This document shows positions 1-15,906 of a stretch of DNA of 64,000 nt, one piece after another; position 1 is the stretch's first letter; every line of letters begins with the position of its first letter. The notes under the pieces are model-generated. The model saw nothing but the letters and a program-made list of their open reading frames with translations. It was not told the DNA's origin and ran no database searches. The DNA is from an uncultured Gemmatimonadales bacterium (GTDB taxonomy: Bacteria > Gemmatimonadota > Gemmatimonadetes > Gemmatimonadales > GWC2-71-9), in the NCBI GenBank assembly GCA_963728915.1, contig CAVSLV010000001.1:1184001-1248000 (forward strand), written 5' to 3'. Both the position numbers and the translations under genes were made by a program.

Positions 1-77
1 CCATTGGCGACGCTGCGGACTTCGGGATCGGCACCAAGGTTTCCGATCAACTGCACTCGATTCAGGCTCCGACTCAT
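1..77 (-). CDS. ssb: Single-stranded DNA-binding protein, 5' part only (runs off the window)
   Basis: Reverse strand reads MSRSLNRVQLIGNLGADPEVRSVAN, the typical SSB N-terminus, with GGAGG upstream of the ATG. Not in the ORF track. Confidence 0.93.
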   Translation of the reverse strand, partial: MSRSLNRVQLIGNLGADPEVRSVAN

Positions 78-194
78 GAGGTTGCCTCCAGGGGAAAAAG
101 ATGCCAGGGTCGAACGCGGACCCGGCCATCGTAACACCGCTCTAAGTGCTTCGTTCAACCAAACATACGCTCGGAGAACCCTAAACCCGCAGGA

Positions 195-641
195 CTAAAC
201 TGCAACTCGCAGCACCAGCGCGTTCTCCGAGGGATTCCGATAATAGCGGTGACGCATGCCCGCCGCGCGATAGCCTTCTCCTTCATATAAGGAGATCGCG
301 GTGCGATTCGATTCCCGAACCTCGAGGAAGATCTCCTCGACCCCCAGCTCCCGGGCCCGCTCCCGAACGGCCCGAAGCAATCCACGCGCGATCCCCAGCC
401 GGCGCGACCGCGGGGCGACGGCCAGATCCAGTATTTCTGCCTCCGGCCCGGTAGTTCGCGCCAGCACGAATCCCACGATCCCCGAGGCATTTTCGGCCAG
501 GTAGGCGCACGAGGTTTCAGATTGCATCGCCTCCCGGATTGCCCGTCCGCTCCATGGGTCATTGAAGCAGGCGCGCTCTATCTCGAGGATGCCTGGCACA
601 TCACGGAGCTCGGGGTATCGAATCCGGTAAGGGACGTCCAT
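195..641 (-). CDS. rimI: Ribosomal protein S18 alanine N-acetyltransferase (GNAT)
   Basis: IERACFNDPWS, AEILDLAV, LEVRESN..AISLY, YYRNPSENA; next to tsaB. Start placed at MDVPY. Confidence 0.9.
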   Translation of the reverse strand: MDVPYRIRYPELRDVPGILEIERACFNDPWSGRAIREAMQSETSCAYLAENASGIVGFVLARTTGPEAEILDLAVAPRSRRLGIARGLLRAVRERARELGVEEIFLEVRESNRTAISLYEGEGYRAAGMRHRYYRNPSENALVLRVAV

Positions 642-1335
642 GCAGCGTCTCCCATCGGGCCTGGGCTTCCGCGGGTCTGCCGTAGTAGGGCTCCCAATTC
701 TCAGGATCGTGCAGCGGCTGGGTCCCCCCAACCACCCCGATCAGACCGGCCAGCGCAGCGGCACTCGGTCGAGCGGGGAGGCCGCGGATCAGGGGGACCG
801 CGAGCTGATCGGCAAGGCGGTCCACCAGCTTGTCGGGTGCATCCGCCACCAGCAGGTCCGGCGCTTCCCGCTGCAACGACTCGGGCGAGGCGAGGCTCGG
901 CGCCCGAAGGGTGTCCACCGTGTTAGGAAGATCGAGCCGGTAGGTCGCGGCGTACAGCTCACCGCGGAGCGCCGAGGTCACCACCAGCACCCGGGCGCCA
1001 CGGGGCGGCATGACGCCGGCCGCTCGCACCAGGAGGGTGGAGGCGGTCCACAGCGAAAGCCGGGGACAGGCGCGGACCAGGGCCTTGGCCGCGGCGGCGC
1101 CGACCCGGAGTCCGGTAAAGCTTCCCGGTCCGTCCGCAAGCGCGAGGGCGTCCACCGCCGGGAGGGGAATGTCCAGCTCCGCGAGCACCGCCTCGACCAG
1201 CGGGAACAATCTCGCGGCGTGCATCCGGGCGCCATCGAACTGACGCAGGGCCTCGCGGGGAGGCCGGCTCGCATCGGTCCATCGGGCCGCCACCGACAGC
1301 CGGTCGGTGGTGGTCTCCAGGGCGAGGGCGATCAT
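601..1335 (-). CDS. tsaB: tRNA threonylcarbamoyladenosine biosynthesis protein TsaB
   Basis: LALETTT, H-AARLFP, DGPGSFTGLRVG, C-terminal EPYYGR. Confidence 0.93.
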   Translation of the reverse strand: MIALALETTTDRLSVAARWTDASRPPREALRQFDGARMHAARLFPLVEAVLAELDIPLPAVDALALADGPGSFTGLRVGAAAAKALVRACPRLSLWTASTLLVRAAGVMPPRGARVLVVTSALRGELYAATYRLDLPNTVDTLRAPSLASPESLQREAPDLLVADAPDKLVDRLADQLAVPLIRGLPARPSAAALAGLIGVVGGTQPLHDPENWEPYYGRPAEAQARWETLHGRPLPDSIPRAP

Positions 1336-1739
1336 CCGATCTCCACCCGCCGGACCTCCGGGTTAGGCGTATGGGCCAGCCGGATCTCGCGGCTCGGCCG
1401 GGGCGCCCAGGACCCGGCCCGCTCAGGCCATTCGATCAGGAGCGCGGCACCGCTGGTGAGTCGCTCCCAATCGAGATCGTGGGCCTCTTCCGGCTTCCGG
1501 AGCCGATAACAATCCACGTGGTACACCGCTCCCCGGGGAGAGTCGTAGTGGTGGACCAGCGCGTAGGTCGGGCTGGTCGCCGGGGTGTCGGCGTTCATGC
1601 CGCGGACCAGCGCCTTCACAAAGGTGGTCTTGCCGGCGCCCAGGTCTCCGGAGAGCCAGAGCACCTCCCCGGGAACGAGCTCCCGCCCGATGGTCTCGGC
1701 AAGGGCCATCAGCGCGGGTTCATCCAGCAGCGCAGTCAC
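1332..1739 (-). CDS. tsaE: t6A biosynthesis ATPase TsaE
   Basis: [32 protein letters not shown]. Confidence 0.95.
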   Translation of the reverse strand: MTALLDEPALMALAETIGRELVPGEVLWLSGDLGAGKTTFVKALVRGMNADTPATSPTYALVHHYDSPRGAVYHVDCYRLRKPEEAHDLDWERLTSGAALLIEWPERAGSWAPRPSREIRLAHTPNPEVRRVEIG

Positions 1740-3778
1740 GGGCCTCCCCGGCGCGATACCGCCAGCCCCGCGCGGCGGACGCTCGGCGCATCGAGGGCCC
1801 GAAGCTCGTTGAGCTGATCCCGCAGCATGGCGGCCAGCTCGAACTCGAGGTTCGCCGCCGCCTGGCGCATCTGCTTCTCGAGCGCGGTGATCGCCGCCGC
1901 GCGCTGCTCCGGATCATGCAGATCCACCGGCTTCGCACCCCTTCGGGCCGGGACCGGCCGTTCGGTCCGGGCATCCGCGACATAGGTCGAGAGCCGCACC
2001 TCCTCGGTGGATTTCACGATGGAAACCGGGGTGGTCCCGTGCTGACGGTTGTACTGCTCCTGGAGCCGCCGTCGGCGGTCCATCTCGTCGAGCGCGCGCC
2101 TCATGGAGCCGGTGATCGTGTCGGCGTACAGGATCCCGAGGCCGTTGCTGTTTCGGGCGGCGCGCCCCACGGTCTGAATCAGGGCCCGGTCCGAGCGCAG
2201 GAAGCCTTCCTGATCGGCGTCGAGGATGGCGACCAGGGAAACCTCGGGAAGATCGAGACCCTCCCGGAGCAGGTTGATCCCGACCAGGACATCGAACTCG
2301 CCCAGACGCAGCCCTCGGAGGATCTCCATCCGCTCGATCGCATCGATATCGGAATGGAGGTAGCGGACCCGGACCCCATGTTGCTGGAGATAGTCGGTCA
2401 GATCCTCCGACATTCGCTTGGTGAGGGTGGTAACCAGCACCCGTTCCCGACGTTTCTCACGGAGCCGGATCTCGTTGACCAGATCGTCGACCTGTCCCTT
2501 GACCGGCCGGACCTGCACCTCGGGATCGATCAGGAACGTGGGCCGGATGATCTGCTCCACCACCGCGCCCCGGGATAGACCGAGCTCGAATTCTCCCGGC
2601 GTGGCGGATACCGCCACCATTCGGGGCACCAGGCCCATGAATTCCTCGAAATTGAGGGGCCGGTTGTCCAGCGCGGAGGGAAGCCGGAACCCGTACTCCA
2701 CCAGGGTGAGCTTGCGGGAGCGGTCGCCGTTGAACATCCCACCGATCTGGGGCAGGGTGACGTGAGACTCGTCCACCACCACCAGGAAGTCCTCGGGGAA
2801 GTAGTCGAAGAGGCAAGCTGGTCGCTCTCCCTCCCCGCGACCGGTCAGGTGGCGGGAGTAGTTCTCGATCCCAGGGCATGTCCCGATCTCCAGCAACATT
2901 TCCACGTCGAACTGCGTGCGTGATTCCAGTCGCTGGGCCTCCAGCAGTTTCCCTGCGGTCTTTAGCTCCACAAGCCGTTCCGCCAGCTCCGCCCGGATGC
3001 GAGTAACGGCTCGCTCGATTGCGGGCCGCTCGGTCACAAAATGCTTGGCGGGATAGATGGCGCATTGGTCGAGCTTGGCGATGGTCTTTCCGGACAGAGG
3101 ATGAATCTTGGAAATCCGTTCGACCTGGTCCCCCCAGAACTCGACCCGCACCGCCTGGTCGGCGTAGGCAGGGTAGATCTCCAGGGTATCGCCCCGGACC
3201 CGGAACGTCCCCGGCTCAAACGAGGTGTCATTCCGGTTGTACTGGATGGCGACCAGATCCTCGAGCACCTTGTTCCGCCCCGGCGAATCGCCGGTGGTCA
3301 GCGAGAACATCATGCTCCGGTACGCGACCGGATCGCCCAGGCCATAGATGGCGCTCACCGTGGCGACGATCACGACATCGTTCCGCTCCATGAGACTCGA
3401 GGTCGCCCGAAGCCGGAGCGATTCGATGTCCTCATTGATCGACGCGTCCTTCTCGATGTACAGGTCGGTCGACGGCACGTACGCCTCGGGCTGGTAATAG
3501 TCATAGTATGAGACGAAGTACTCGACCGCGTTCTGGGGCAGGAACTGCTTGAGCTCCCCGTAGAGCTGCGCGGCCAGCGTCTTGTTGTGGGAAAGCACCA
3601 GCGTCGGGCGCTCGAACCGGGCAATGACGTGAGCCAGAGTCATGGTCTTCCCTGACCCGGTCACCCCCAGAAGGGTCTGGTACTTCCTTCCGGCCTTGAG
3701 GCTATGGAAGAGCTCCTCAATCGCCCGGGGCTGGTCTCCAGCCGGGGAGAACGGAGCGACGACTTCGAACTTCGGCAT
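1736..3778 (-). CDS. uvrB: Excinuclease ABC subunit B
   Basis: [36 protein letters not shown]-terminal UVR domain. Start is ATG 3778 or TTG 3808. Confidence 0.98.
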   Translation of the reverse strand: MPKFEVVAPFSPAGDQPRAIEELFHSLKAGRKYQTLLGVTGSGKTMTLAHVIARFERPTLVLSHNKTLAAQLYGELKQFLPQNAVEYFVSYYDYYQPEAYVPSTDLYIEKDASINEDIESLRLRATSSLMERNDVVIVATVSAIYGLGDPVAYRSMMFSLTTGDSPGRNKVLEDLVAIQYNRNDTSFEPGTFRVRGDTLEIYPAYADQAVRVEFWGDQVERISKIHPLSGKTIAKLDQCAIYPAKHFVTERPAIERAVTRIRAELAERLVELKTAGKLLEAQRLESRTQFDVEMLLEIGTCPGIENYSRHLTGRGEGERPACLFDYFPEDFLVVVDESHVTLPQIGGMFNGDRSRKLTLVEYGFRLPSALDNRPLNFEEFMGLVPRMVAVSATPGEFELGLSRGAVVEQIIRPTFLIDPEVQVRPVKGQVDDLVNEIRLREKRRERVLVTTLTKRMSEDLTDYLQQHGVRVRYLHSDIDAIERMEILRGLRLGEFDVLVGINLLREGLDLPEVSLVAILDADQEGFLRSDRALIQTVGRAARNSNGLGILYADTITGSMRRALDEMDRRRRLQEQYNRQHGTTPVSIVKSTEEVRLSTYVADARTERPVPARRGAKPVDLHDPEQRAAAITALEKQMRQAAANLEFELAAMLRDQLNELRALDAPSVRRAGLAVSRRGGP

Positions 3779-3844
3779 CCCTGAAATATCGCCGGGCGGG
3801 GGGCTCAACGCATGCCTGCCGGGGGGAAACGCCCCTCCTTCCTG

Positions 3845-4627
3845 CTAGGGGGACACGCCTCTCCGGGTCCAGAGCACGATGGTCCCGCACAGGGCCCGGG
3901 TCCCGCCGAACTCCATTGGGGTCGCCGCTCCGCCCTTGTAGATCTCCACCGCTTCGAGCTCCGAAACCTCGAAGTCGCGTTTCAGGTCCGGCGCCGGGGA
4001 CCCGACCATCGGAACGCCATCCACGATGACCTGCATGAAACACGGTTCGCCGAGGAGATTGTGGACCCGGGTGCTCACCGCGTAGACGGGTCCGCCCGGG
4101 TCGGCCTTGCTGACTCCGGTTCCTCCCAGGGAGATCGCGCTGTGCCGGCGCAGGACTTCGAAGAGTCGCCGATTCTCCTCTTTCCTGAGGATTGGACCGT
4201 CGATGAAGGTCCCGAATCCCATCCGGCGCCTCTCTTCGAACCCCTCGAGGCCCGCTCCGCTCGGACCTTTGACACTCTCCTGCACGACGACCGGCGCAGG
4301 CTGCTGGGCCGACGCGCTCAGGAGAGCATTCACCCAGATCGTGTCTTCCTGGGAACGGCGGAAAGGAATCCTGACAGGCTGATACCCGATTCCGCGGAAG
4401 AGGAGCGTCGACCCGCCCGCGGCGACGTTCTCGAGCCTGTATCGTCCAGCCTCGTTGGTCGTGACCCGGCGGTTCGCCCCCTCGAGCAACACCTCGATGC
4501 CCGGAAGGGGTGTCCCGCTGGAGTCCTCCCGAACGATCCCGGCAATCACCCCCTGGGCCTCCACGGAGGGAACCGTCACCGCCATCAGCAACGGAGCGAG
4601 ATACAAGGCGGCGTATCGCGTCGGCAT
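3845..4627 (-). CDS. Secreted carboxypeptidase-regulatory-like domain + TonB-plug-like domain protein, no beta-barrel
   Basis: Signal peptide ending VEA-Q; IAGIVREDSSGTPLPG...TTNEAGRY...RGIGY; FEERRRMGFGTFI; C..VIVDG; EAVEIYKG...CGTIVLWTR then stop. Confidence 0.75.
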   Translation of the reverse strand: MPTRYAALYLAPLLMAVTVPSVEAQGVIAGIVREDSSGTPLPGIEVLLEGANRRVTTNEAGRYRLENVAAGGSTLLFRGIGYQPVRIPFRRSQEDTIWVNALLSASAQQPAPVVVQESVKGPSGAGLEGFEERRRMGFGTFIDGPILRKEENRRLFEVLRRHSAISLGGTGVSKADPGGPVYAVSTRVHNLLGEPCFMQVIVDGVPMVGSPAPDLKRDFEVSELEAVEIYKGGAATPMEFGGTRALCGTIVLWTRRGVSP

Positions 4628-4634
4628 CTTCCCA

Positions 4635-6269
4635 TCACCAAGGCTGTGAGGGGAGTTGAGCTCCATCCACTTCGGGCAGGACCATCTCCAGCCATCGGAA
4701 TTCGTGCCAGTCGAGTCGAACCTTCCGGGTCGCTCGTTCCTCCCCCTGCTGGAGCAGCCGGATCGTAATCGGCAAATCGGAAGGAAGGTCGCAGAGCGCA
4801 AAGCGCCCCTCTCGATCGGACTCCGCAACGACCGGCCTGGTTGGCCCGGTCGGAGTGAACCAGCTCGCCTCGATCGTGGTCCCGGTGAGGGACCGCTTCG
4901 ACCGATTCCAGAGATAGCCGAGCACTCCACCCTGGCGTGCCGCCCCCTTGCCGCACATCTGGCGCGCGACCCCCGCCAGGGGAGGCGGGTTTACCGTGAT
5001 CCTGGTGGTGTCCCCGATGGAAAGCACCACGTCGGTCTTCTCCAGGGAGGAGAACCGCGGATGCCAGACCGTCACCAGCCGAGGTCCAGCATCGGAAACC
5101 AGCATCACGAATCCCCCGGTGGAATCGGTCTGCGCCTGGATTGGAACGCCTTCGACGCTGACCATCGCCCCCGGCAGGCCTTCGCCTGATTGCGGATCCA
5201 ATACCCTTCCGGTGAGCACGGCGCGATCAACGGGCCCAGGGGGAACCCAGAGCGCCGCTCGACCGCCCCGTTCGATGAAACTGATGATGTGATTGATCGC
5301 GATCGTTGCCTGGCGAGCCCGGTAGCGTTCGAAAGACCCGATGACCGGCATCCGGACGAACCAGTACGAGACGATCCATTTCCCTGTGGTGAGTCGCTCA
5401 AATTCGACCCGCCCGCCCAGGTCGGACTTCGCAAGCTCGGTTGGGAGGTTCCGATACTCGAACTCCAGGAATCGGAGCTCGCCGGTCAGCCGATTCACCC
5501 ACAGGGTGCCCCCGACCTCGGGAACCTGCCTCGATCGCTGCGGCTCGAACTCGAGCCCGACCAGGTTGGCCGGACCCGCCACCGCCCGAAAGCAATGACT
5601 CCCGACGAACGCATCGGAGAGCAGCAGGCTCGCATCGGGAGCCGCGAAGACCGCGGAATCGCCCTGCTCGTAGACAAAGCCCCTTCGGAGCAATTCGCCG
5701 GCGGGGAGAGATTCGAAGGGTGGGCGGGTGGTGCTGGTCAGGCGATAGACCCATTCCCGCACCGGCCGTCCGGTCAGGCTGACTTCCCGCTCGAATTCGC
5801 GAGCCAGAAGCTGCACCGCCCCCTCGTGTTGGGTCAGCACGTTGGCTGTCAGGGCCTTGCGGATCTCTTCCCAGAGGGCCGCGGCCATGGCTCCGTCCCC
5901 GACCCGGGTATCGCAGGACGATTTGGTGTGAACCACGATCTCGGGAAGGACAATGGATCGAGAAACGAGCGAGAGCTCCATACGAAGCGACTGAGCCGTC
6001 AGCGCGAAGGGTGCGGTCACGAATCCGGAATAGCCGATGCGATCGACCCGGATCCGAAACGTTCCGGGAGCGCCAGCGTGGAGAATGGCCTGGCCGGATT
6101 CCCCGCTCAGGACCTGGGCGACCACCGTATCGTCCTGGATCAATCGGACGATGGCGCCAACGACGGGAACCTTCGAGGAATCCTCCCGCAGCCTCAAGTC
6201 GACCGTTTGAGCCGAGGCGGACGAAAGGAGAGCCGCGCACCACGCCGCCGCGAGGCAGAGGAAGCGAAT
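4635..6269 (-). CDS. Secreted protein with several carboxypeptidase-regulatory-like (prealbumin-fold) domains
   Basis: Three GA.V..(T/S)D..G.F-type modules and a VGGTLWVNR..ELRFLEFEY central region. Frame extends 24 codons upstream of the track start to an ATT with a signal peptide (see findings). Confidence 0.72.
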   Translation of the reverse strand: MRFLCLAAAWCAALLSSASAQTVDLRLREDSSKVPVVGAIVRLIQDDTVVAQVLSGESGQAILHAGAPGTFRIRVDRIGYSGFVTAPFALTAQSLRMELSLVSRSIVLPEIVVHTKSSCDTRVGDGAMAAALWEEIRKALTANVLTQHEGAVQLLAREFEREVSLTGRPVREWVYRLTSTTRPPFESLPAGELLRRGFVYEQGDSAVFAAPDASLLLSDAFVGSHCFRAVAGPANLVGLEFEPQRSRQVPEVGGTLWVNRLTGELRFLEFEYRNLPTELAKSDLGGRVEFERLTTGKWIVSYWFVRMPVIGSFERYRARQATIAINHIISFIERGGRAALWVPPGPVDRAVLTGRVLDPQSGEGLPGAMVSVEGVPIQAQTDSTGGFVMLVSDAGPRLVTVWHPRFSSLEKTDVVLSIGDTTRITVNPPPLAGVARQMCGKGAARQGGVLGYLWNRSKRSLTGTTIEASWFTPTGPTRPVVAESDREGRFALCDLPSDLPITIRLLQQGEERATRKVRLDWHEFRWLEMVLPEVDGAQLPSQPW

Positions 6270-6279
6270 GGGGAGGCTC

Positions 6280-6690
6280 CTACTCTCCGGCCAAGCCGAG
6301 AAGCGCCTTCCACTGATTGGGCGTCACCGGCATCACGGAGAGCCGGGGCAGCCGGGCGAGGGCAAAGTCCGCGAACCGCTTGTCGGCCTTGACCTGGGCG
6401 AGGCTGACCGGCTGTGGAACCGGTCGCACCGGCTCGAGGTCCACCACCACCAGCTTCGGGTTCTTCTGTTTGGGATCTGGATAGGCCGCCTTGCGCACCC
6501 GGGCGATCCCGACGATCGCCTTCTCACTTCCGGTGTGATAGATGAACGCATGATCGCCGGCCTGCATGGCGCGCAGGTTCTTGAGCGCGACCGGGTTGCT
6601 CACCCCGTCCCAGGTGGTGCGACCTTCCTGTTCCAGGTCGGCGTACGAGTAGGTCGACGGCTCGGTCTTGAGCAGCCAGTAGCCGGCCAT
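6280..6690 (-). CDS. EVE domain protein
   Basis: YWLLKTEPSTYS, WDGVSNP.A.KNLR.M..GD..FIYHTG, RLSVMPV. Confidence 0.93.
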   Translation of the reverse strand: MAGYWLLKTEPSTYSYADLEQEGRTTWDGVSNPVALKNLRAMQAGDHAFIYHTGSEKAIVGIARVRKAAYPDPKQKNPKLVVVDLEPVRPVPQPVSLAQVKADKRFADFALARLPRLSVMPVTPNQWKALLGLAGE

Positions 6691-6694
6691 GAGG

Positions 6695-7465
6695 TCAGCT
6701 CCCCCGCCGGGTCCAGAGAAGCAGGGCGCCGCAGTCGGAATCGCGACCGGTGCCGTACTCGGGAGGGACCTGGGCCGGACTGCGATAGTACTCGATGGCC
6801 ATCAGGCTGTTGACATCGAACTCCCGATTCAGGTCGGGAGGCCGCATGGCATTGTTCCGCGCCTTGTAGATCGCGATGCCGTCGAGAAAGACCGACACCC
6901 AGCAGGGAAGCCCGTCATCGGTCAGCGCGGTCGGCGAGGCGGCCCGGTACTCCACGAAGGTGGGACTCTCCTGGTAGGGAATGATCTTCACGCTGGTGCG
7001 GCCACGGAGCACATCGGCGAGCCGCCGTCCCTGGTATCTGCGGAGTTCGGTCGAGTCGATGAAGGTGCCGATGCCGAGCTTCCGGCGCTCCTCGAAGGCC
7101 GCCATGACACTCCCGGGAACGGGGGCGGCTTTCGCGGTGACGCCGACCTCGGGAAGCTCCTGCGCCGAAATCCTGACGAGGATGGCATCCAGGCGTACGG
7201 TGTCGCGCCTGGCGACCACCGTGCCCATCCGAACCTGCTGGTACCCGACCCGCCGGAAGACGATCACCCGCTTTCCGGTTGGCGAGACGATGCTGTATCT
7301 GCCTTCCGGGTCGGTGGTGGTGTGATCCTTCCCGCCCTCCACCGTCACCTCGACTTCGGACAGTGGCCGGCCGGTCGAATCGGCCCGCACCACGCCGGTC
7401 ACGACCTGGGCAGCGGCAACCGCCGGCCCTCCGGCGAGCAACAGGGCCCCGAGCATAACCCGCAT
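6695..7465 (-). CDS. Secreted carboxypeptidase-regulatory-like domain + TonB-plug-like domain protein, no beta-barrel
   Basis: Signal MRVMLGALLLAGGPAVAAA-Q; paralog of 3845-4627 (FEERRKLGIGTFI, CWVSVFLDG, AIEYYRS, CGALLLWTR). Confidence 0.75.
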   Translation of the reverse strand: MRVMLGALLLAGGPAVAAAQVVTGVVRADSTGRPLSEVEVTVEGGKDHTTTDPEGRYSIVSPTGKRVIVFRRVGYQQVRMGTVVARRDTVRLDAILVRISAQELPEVGVTAKAAPVPGSVMAAFEERRKLGIGTFIDSTELRRYQGRRLADVLRGRTSVKIIPYQESPTFVEYRAASPTALTDDGLPCWVSVFLDGIAIYKARNNAMRPPDLNREFDVNSLMAIEYYRSPAQVPPEYGTGRDSDCGALLLWTRRGS

Positions 7466-7479
7466 CGCCGATTCCTTTC

Positions 7480-9638
<2,159 letters not shown>

Positions 9639-9642
<4 letters not shown>

Positions 9643-10358
9643 AAAAGCCCCTGGCTCGCGAAGCTTACGAACCGGTCGCCACCGACGATCACGTGGTCGT
9701 ATACCGGGAGATCGAGCAGCTCACCTGCGCTGACGAGCTGGCGGGTGATGGCCTGATCGTCGGCGGACGGGGTCGGGTCACCGCTTGGGTGGTTGTGCAC
9801 CAGGATGATGCCGGCGGCCGCCTCGGCGATCGCGGCCCGGAAGACCTCGCGCGGATGCACCAGCGAGCTGTTGAGCAGTCCGCGGGTGATCAGAAGGTCG
9901 CGAGTGACCTGGCTTTGCGAATCGAGCGCCAGCACGTGAAACTCCTCTACCGCGAGGTCGCGGAGCCTGGGCCCCGCGATCCGCACGACGTCTTCGGGAC
10001 AGCGGATTCTGGGCGAGGCCGGCCGAGCCTCACGGCTCAATCGGGCCGCGAGCTCCAGCGCCGCGAGGAGACGGGCGCCCTTGGCCGGCCCGACTCCATG
10101 CGTCCGCAGCAACTCCCCCGCCGGCCGCGCGGCCAGGCGGCGGATCGAGCCTTCGGCAGGTTCGAGCAGGCTGGTGGCCAGCTCCAGGGCGCTCCGACCC
10201 CCTCCCCCCGTACCTAGGAGAATGGCCAGAAGTTCAGAAACGGTCAATGCTTGGGGGCCCAGGGCCCAGAGTCGTTCCCGGGGGAGGTCAGGAGCCGGGG
10301 GGGAGGGGAGGTCCGGAGGACGAACGATGGGGGCCGAGATGGTGGCTGGGGCGGCCAT
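9639..10358 (-). CDS. radC: RadC (JAB/MPN) family protein, full length
   Basis: PRERL...ELLAILLGTG, HhH GVGPAK, VHPREVF, HNHPSGDPTPS.DD, DHVI. Confidence 0.95.
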
Positions 10359-10462
10359 CTCATACGATAGGCGGTTCGGGTTGGTGGCTCAGGTCGAAAA
10401 GGGTGGCGGACCGTCCAAAACGGCGCAGGTCATCGCGCGTTTTTTCGAGGCGAAGGCCGTCA

Positions 10463-10588
10463 ATGGGGTTACCGGTCTGGTGCCCCGAGGATGAACGGCC
10501 CGAGATCGTCATCGACGTCCTGGGCTGGAAGGTTCGGGAGTCGGCTCACGAGGTTCGGATTCCTTTGAGGGATCTGCTCGGCTGGTAA
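10463..10588 (+). pseudogene. Possible C-terminal remnant of a Uma2 (DUF820) family endonuclease
   Basis: VWCPEDERPEIVIDVLGWKV...VRIPLRDLLGW resembles Uma2 C-termini from memory; the N-terminal part is absent. Confidence 0.35.
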
Positions 10589-10605
10589 CCTGGTGTTCCC
10601 GGCGT

Positions 10606-11274
10606 CTACTTGGTCCAGATTGCTATTGCCCCGCAGCCCCCACTGAACTCGCCCGGGATGCTGCCGATGCCGCGATAGACCTCCATGAACTGGATCTGGG
10701 TCGGGCTGATGTCGTCCAGCACATCGGCGAGCTCGGTGGCCCGCTGGCGCGCCACTGCTGCGGCGTTGGCCCGTTCAGCGGGTAGGAGAGAGCTCGAGAC
10801 CGCTTCCTGATAACGCGGCTGCCAGTTGATCTTTCACCCGTCGATCCAGACCGCGACACATCCATCGTTGCAGCGAGGGAACCTGATCTCGGTGCCTCCT
10901 TGCCCGAGGTTTCTGCGGCGAAAGAAGTCATCGTACTTCGTGGTCCAGGCGAACTCGACCGGCTTCGCCTCTTTTGCCGTGACGGTGATCTCGGGCAGGA
11001 TCTGTGGCCCGGGGTCGAGCATGATCTCGATCTTCTGTGACGCCCCAGGCCCGAGGTTCAGACGAAGATATTGCGGGTTGAAGCCAATCCGTCCCGGGCC
11101 ATCCGTGTGAGCAACGACGTCGCTGCCCATGATCGTTGCCTCGGCCGCAGCAACAGGATCCCCATTTCGCGAGACTACCCGTCCTTGGATAGTATGGATC
11201 GTATCCTGTTGGCCGTGCGCGACATGAGGGCTGACAAGAAGGCTCAGGAGGGCGAGAAAGAAGGGTTGGACCAT
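10606..11274 (-). pseudogene. Disrupted third copy of the carboxypeptidase-regulatory + TonB-plug family
   Basis: In-frame TGA at 10834-10836. The same frame continues ...DISPTQIQFMEVYRGIGSIPGEFSGGCGAIAIWTK to TAG 10606. Apparent in-frame deletions relative to the paralogs. Confidence 0.8.
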
Positions 11275-11385
11275 ACCAATCGCTCAAAATCACTCTGACC
11301 CACCGTCCAACCGAGATAACTCCAAGCTATGGATCAGGGGGGGGAGGTCAATACTTCGACGAACCTGCGGAGGGGGACCTTCGCC

Positions 11386-14597
<3,212 letters not shown>

Positions 14598-14601
<4 letters not shown>

Positions 14602-15161
14602 GGTCCGTCCCGATACAACCCGTGCTGGGCGATGTAGTCCGCCACCGCATCCGGTACCCAATAGCGAATCGAACGACCCGCCGCGACGCGAAGGCGGATC
14701 TCGGTCGATGAAATATCCACGCGCGGCACCGACACTGCGGAGGGATCGCTGTCGCGTTCATCTCCACGCCGGAACACCGCGAGGCGTGCCAGCCTCCGCA
14801 CCTCCCCGGGCTCGTGCCAATGATCCAGCTCCCCCGCTGCGTCGGCCCCGAGCAGGAGTACCAGCTCCGCCTCCGGATGGGTTCGGCGCAGGGTCCGCAG
14901 CGTGTCCACGGTGTAGGACGGCTCCGGCCGGCACAGCTCCTGGCGATCCACGATCATCTCTGGGGCGCCCTCGACCGCCAGCTCGACCATGCTGGCGCGA
15001 TCCTCCGGCGCCGCCCGGTGGCGCCCCTGCTTGAGCGGCTGTTGCCGCGCCACGACCAGGTGGACCCGGTCGAGTGCGAGGGCCTCGCGCAGGCAGCTCG
15101 CGGCGATGAGGTGCCCGTGGTGAACCGGGTCGAACGAGCCGCCGAACACACCGATCCGCAT
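14598..15161 (-). CDS. nadD: Nicotinate-nucleotide adenylyltransferase
   Basis: [25 protein letters not shown]. Confidence 0.95.
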
Positions 15162-15162
15162 G

Positions 15163-15906
15163 TTACGCCTTGCACAGCCGGATGGGTCCTGCCGGATCCG
15201 GAAAGTACTGCCGGATGTACTGGCAGGTTTCCTTGACGTCTTCCTGGTAGTTGATGCGCTGGTAGGCGCGCACCAGGTGCTCGAGGGCATCGGGAACCAC
15301 ATCGGTCTGCGGATAGGACGCGATGACCGACCGCAGCAGCAGAATCGCCGAGTCGTACGCCTTGAATCGCATGTAGAAGAGCGCGTTCAAATAGTCCTTC
15401 TTCGCGTACTTTTCGTTCAGCTCGCGCAGGCGAAGCCCGGCGCGCCGCGCGGCGGGCGTTCCGGGATAGCGAGCGAGGACCTCCTCGTAGATGGTCTTCG
15501 CCGCGTCCCCATAGGTCGGGTCGAGCTCCGCTTTCCGCCAGAGCTCGGCGTTGGCATCGCCGGCCCGGACCAGCGCATCGGAAGCCAGCGGCCCTTCGGG
15601 GAGCTCGTCCGCTACGCGCCGGAACTCCCGCACCGCCTGAAGCGCTTCGTGTTTGGCGAGGTGCACCTCGCCCTGGATGAAGTGCATCCGGAAATAGCGG
15701 GGATCCGCCGGCGTCAGCATGGCGTTCATCCCGTCAATGCGGTGCTGGGTCTCGTCCCAGCGTCCGTGACGAAACGAGGTCTCGAGCTCCCGCCAGAGCG
15801 AATCTCTCACCACATCGGCCGGGGCCGTGGTCGGCGTCGCGACAACCGGTTTCCGGCCGCACGCTCCGATCGCAAGCGCTCCCAGCAACATGAGCCTGAT
15901 CTTCAT
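15163..15906 (-). CDS. bamD: Outer membrane protein assembly lipoprotein BamD-like
   Basis: Lipobox AIGAC, TPR-like helices, ELDPTYG..A, A.KDY.NA.FY, YPQT. Confidence 0.85.
   Translation of the reverse strand: MKIRLMLLGALAIGACGRKPVVATPTTAPADVVRDSLWRELETSFRHGRWDETQHRIDGMNAMLTPADPRYFRMHFIQGEVHLAKHEALQAVREFRRVADELPEGPLASDALVRAGDANAELWRKAELDPTYGDAAKTIYEEVLARYPGTPAARRAGLRLRELNEKYAKKDYLNALFYMRFKAYDSAILLLRSVIASYPQTDVVPDALEHLVRAYQRINYQEDVKETCQYIRQYFPDPAGPIRLCKA

Noticed and set aside
10834..10836. Selenocysteine or recoded TGA in the plug-family gene
   Set aside because: The position aligns with Val/Ile, not Cys, in the paralogs. No convincing SECIS follows, other genes use TGA as stop, and the copy also has deletions.
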